Of a stretch of 7,773 bases of DNA, positions 7,620 to 7,773 are shown in pieces (positions within the stretch are counted from its first letter, which is position 1; each line of letters begins with the position of its first letter). Source of the stretch: Octopus sinensis. Taxonomy: Eukaryota. The stretch spans positions 1 to 7,773 of the forward strand of contig NW_021828735.1 of the NCBI RefSeq assembly GCF_006345805.1, written 5' to 3'. Both the position numbers and the translations under genes were made by a program. Below the pieces are notes generated by a model, which did not search any database, had not been told where the DNA came from, and saw only the letters and a list, made by a program, of their open reading frames with translations.

Positions 7620-7773
7620 CAGCTGGGCGTAATAAATACTATAACAGTAGTTTGATGCTGGTAACAGCAATGAGAAGAAAGTTTATTATAATAAAGACAC
7701 AGATTATATAACGACCGATATGATGCTGTTTTTGTTTGTCCGGAAGTCATACTGATCCGGTAAACAACAGATG

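Noticed and set aside
7744-7764. AAGTCATAC and GATCCGGTAAA shared with the island (2862-2870 and 3095-3105)
   Set aside because: These 9- and 11-bp matches are adjacent here but over 200 bp apart in the island, and are compatible with chance in a window of this size.

Overview
Non-coding, microsatellite-saturated eukaryotic DNA. The repeat families resemble ones I recall from Octopus (cephalopod) genomes; this is recognition from memory, not a database hit. No intact protein-coding gene is supported: nearly all ORFs in the track are translations of trinucleotide repeats. The window holds a 5'-truncated CR1-like LINE 3' end in a (TA)n tract (~407-784), a 138-bp Tc1/mariner-type MITE (878-1015) and a minus-strand tRNA-derived SINE nested in a plus-strand SINE (~1077-1381). 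It also holds a degraded retroposon 3' end with an (AAC)n tail (~2100-2300), two compound tandem-repeat regions (~3788-4600 and 5308-5705) and a 514-bp element embedded in (ATT)n (6534-7047). The outlier is a ~555-nt high-complexity island (2666-3219) with no simple repeats and no convincing ORF. Its ends can base-pair, and it contains a nested set of long-range and local helices whose G-U pairs favour the + strand. It is a candidate large structured RNA, found by manual folding only.
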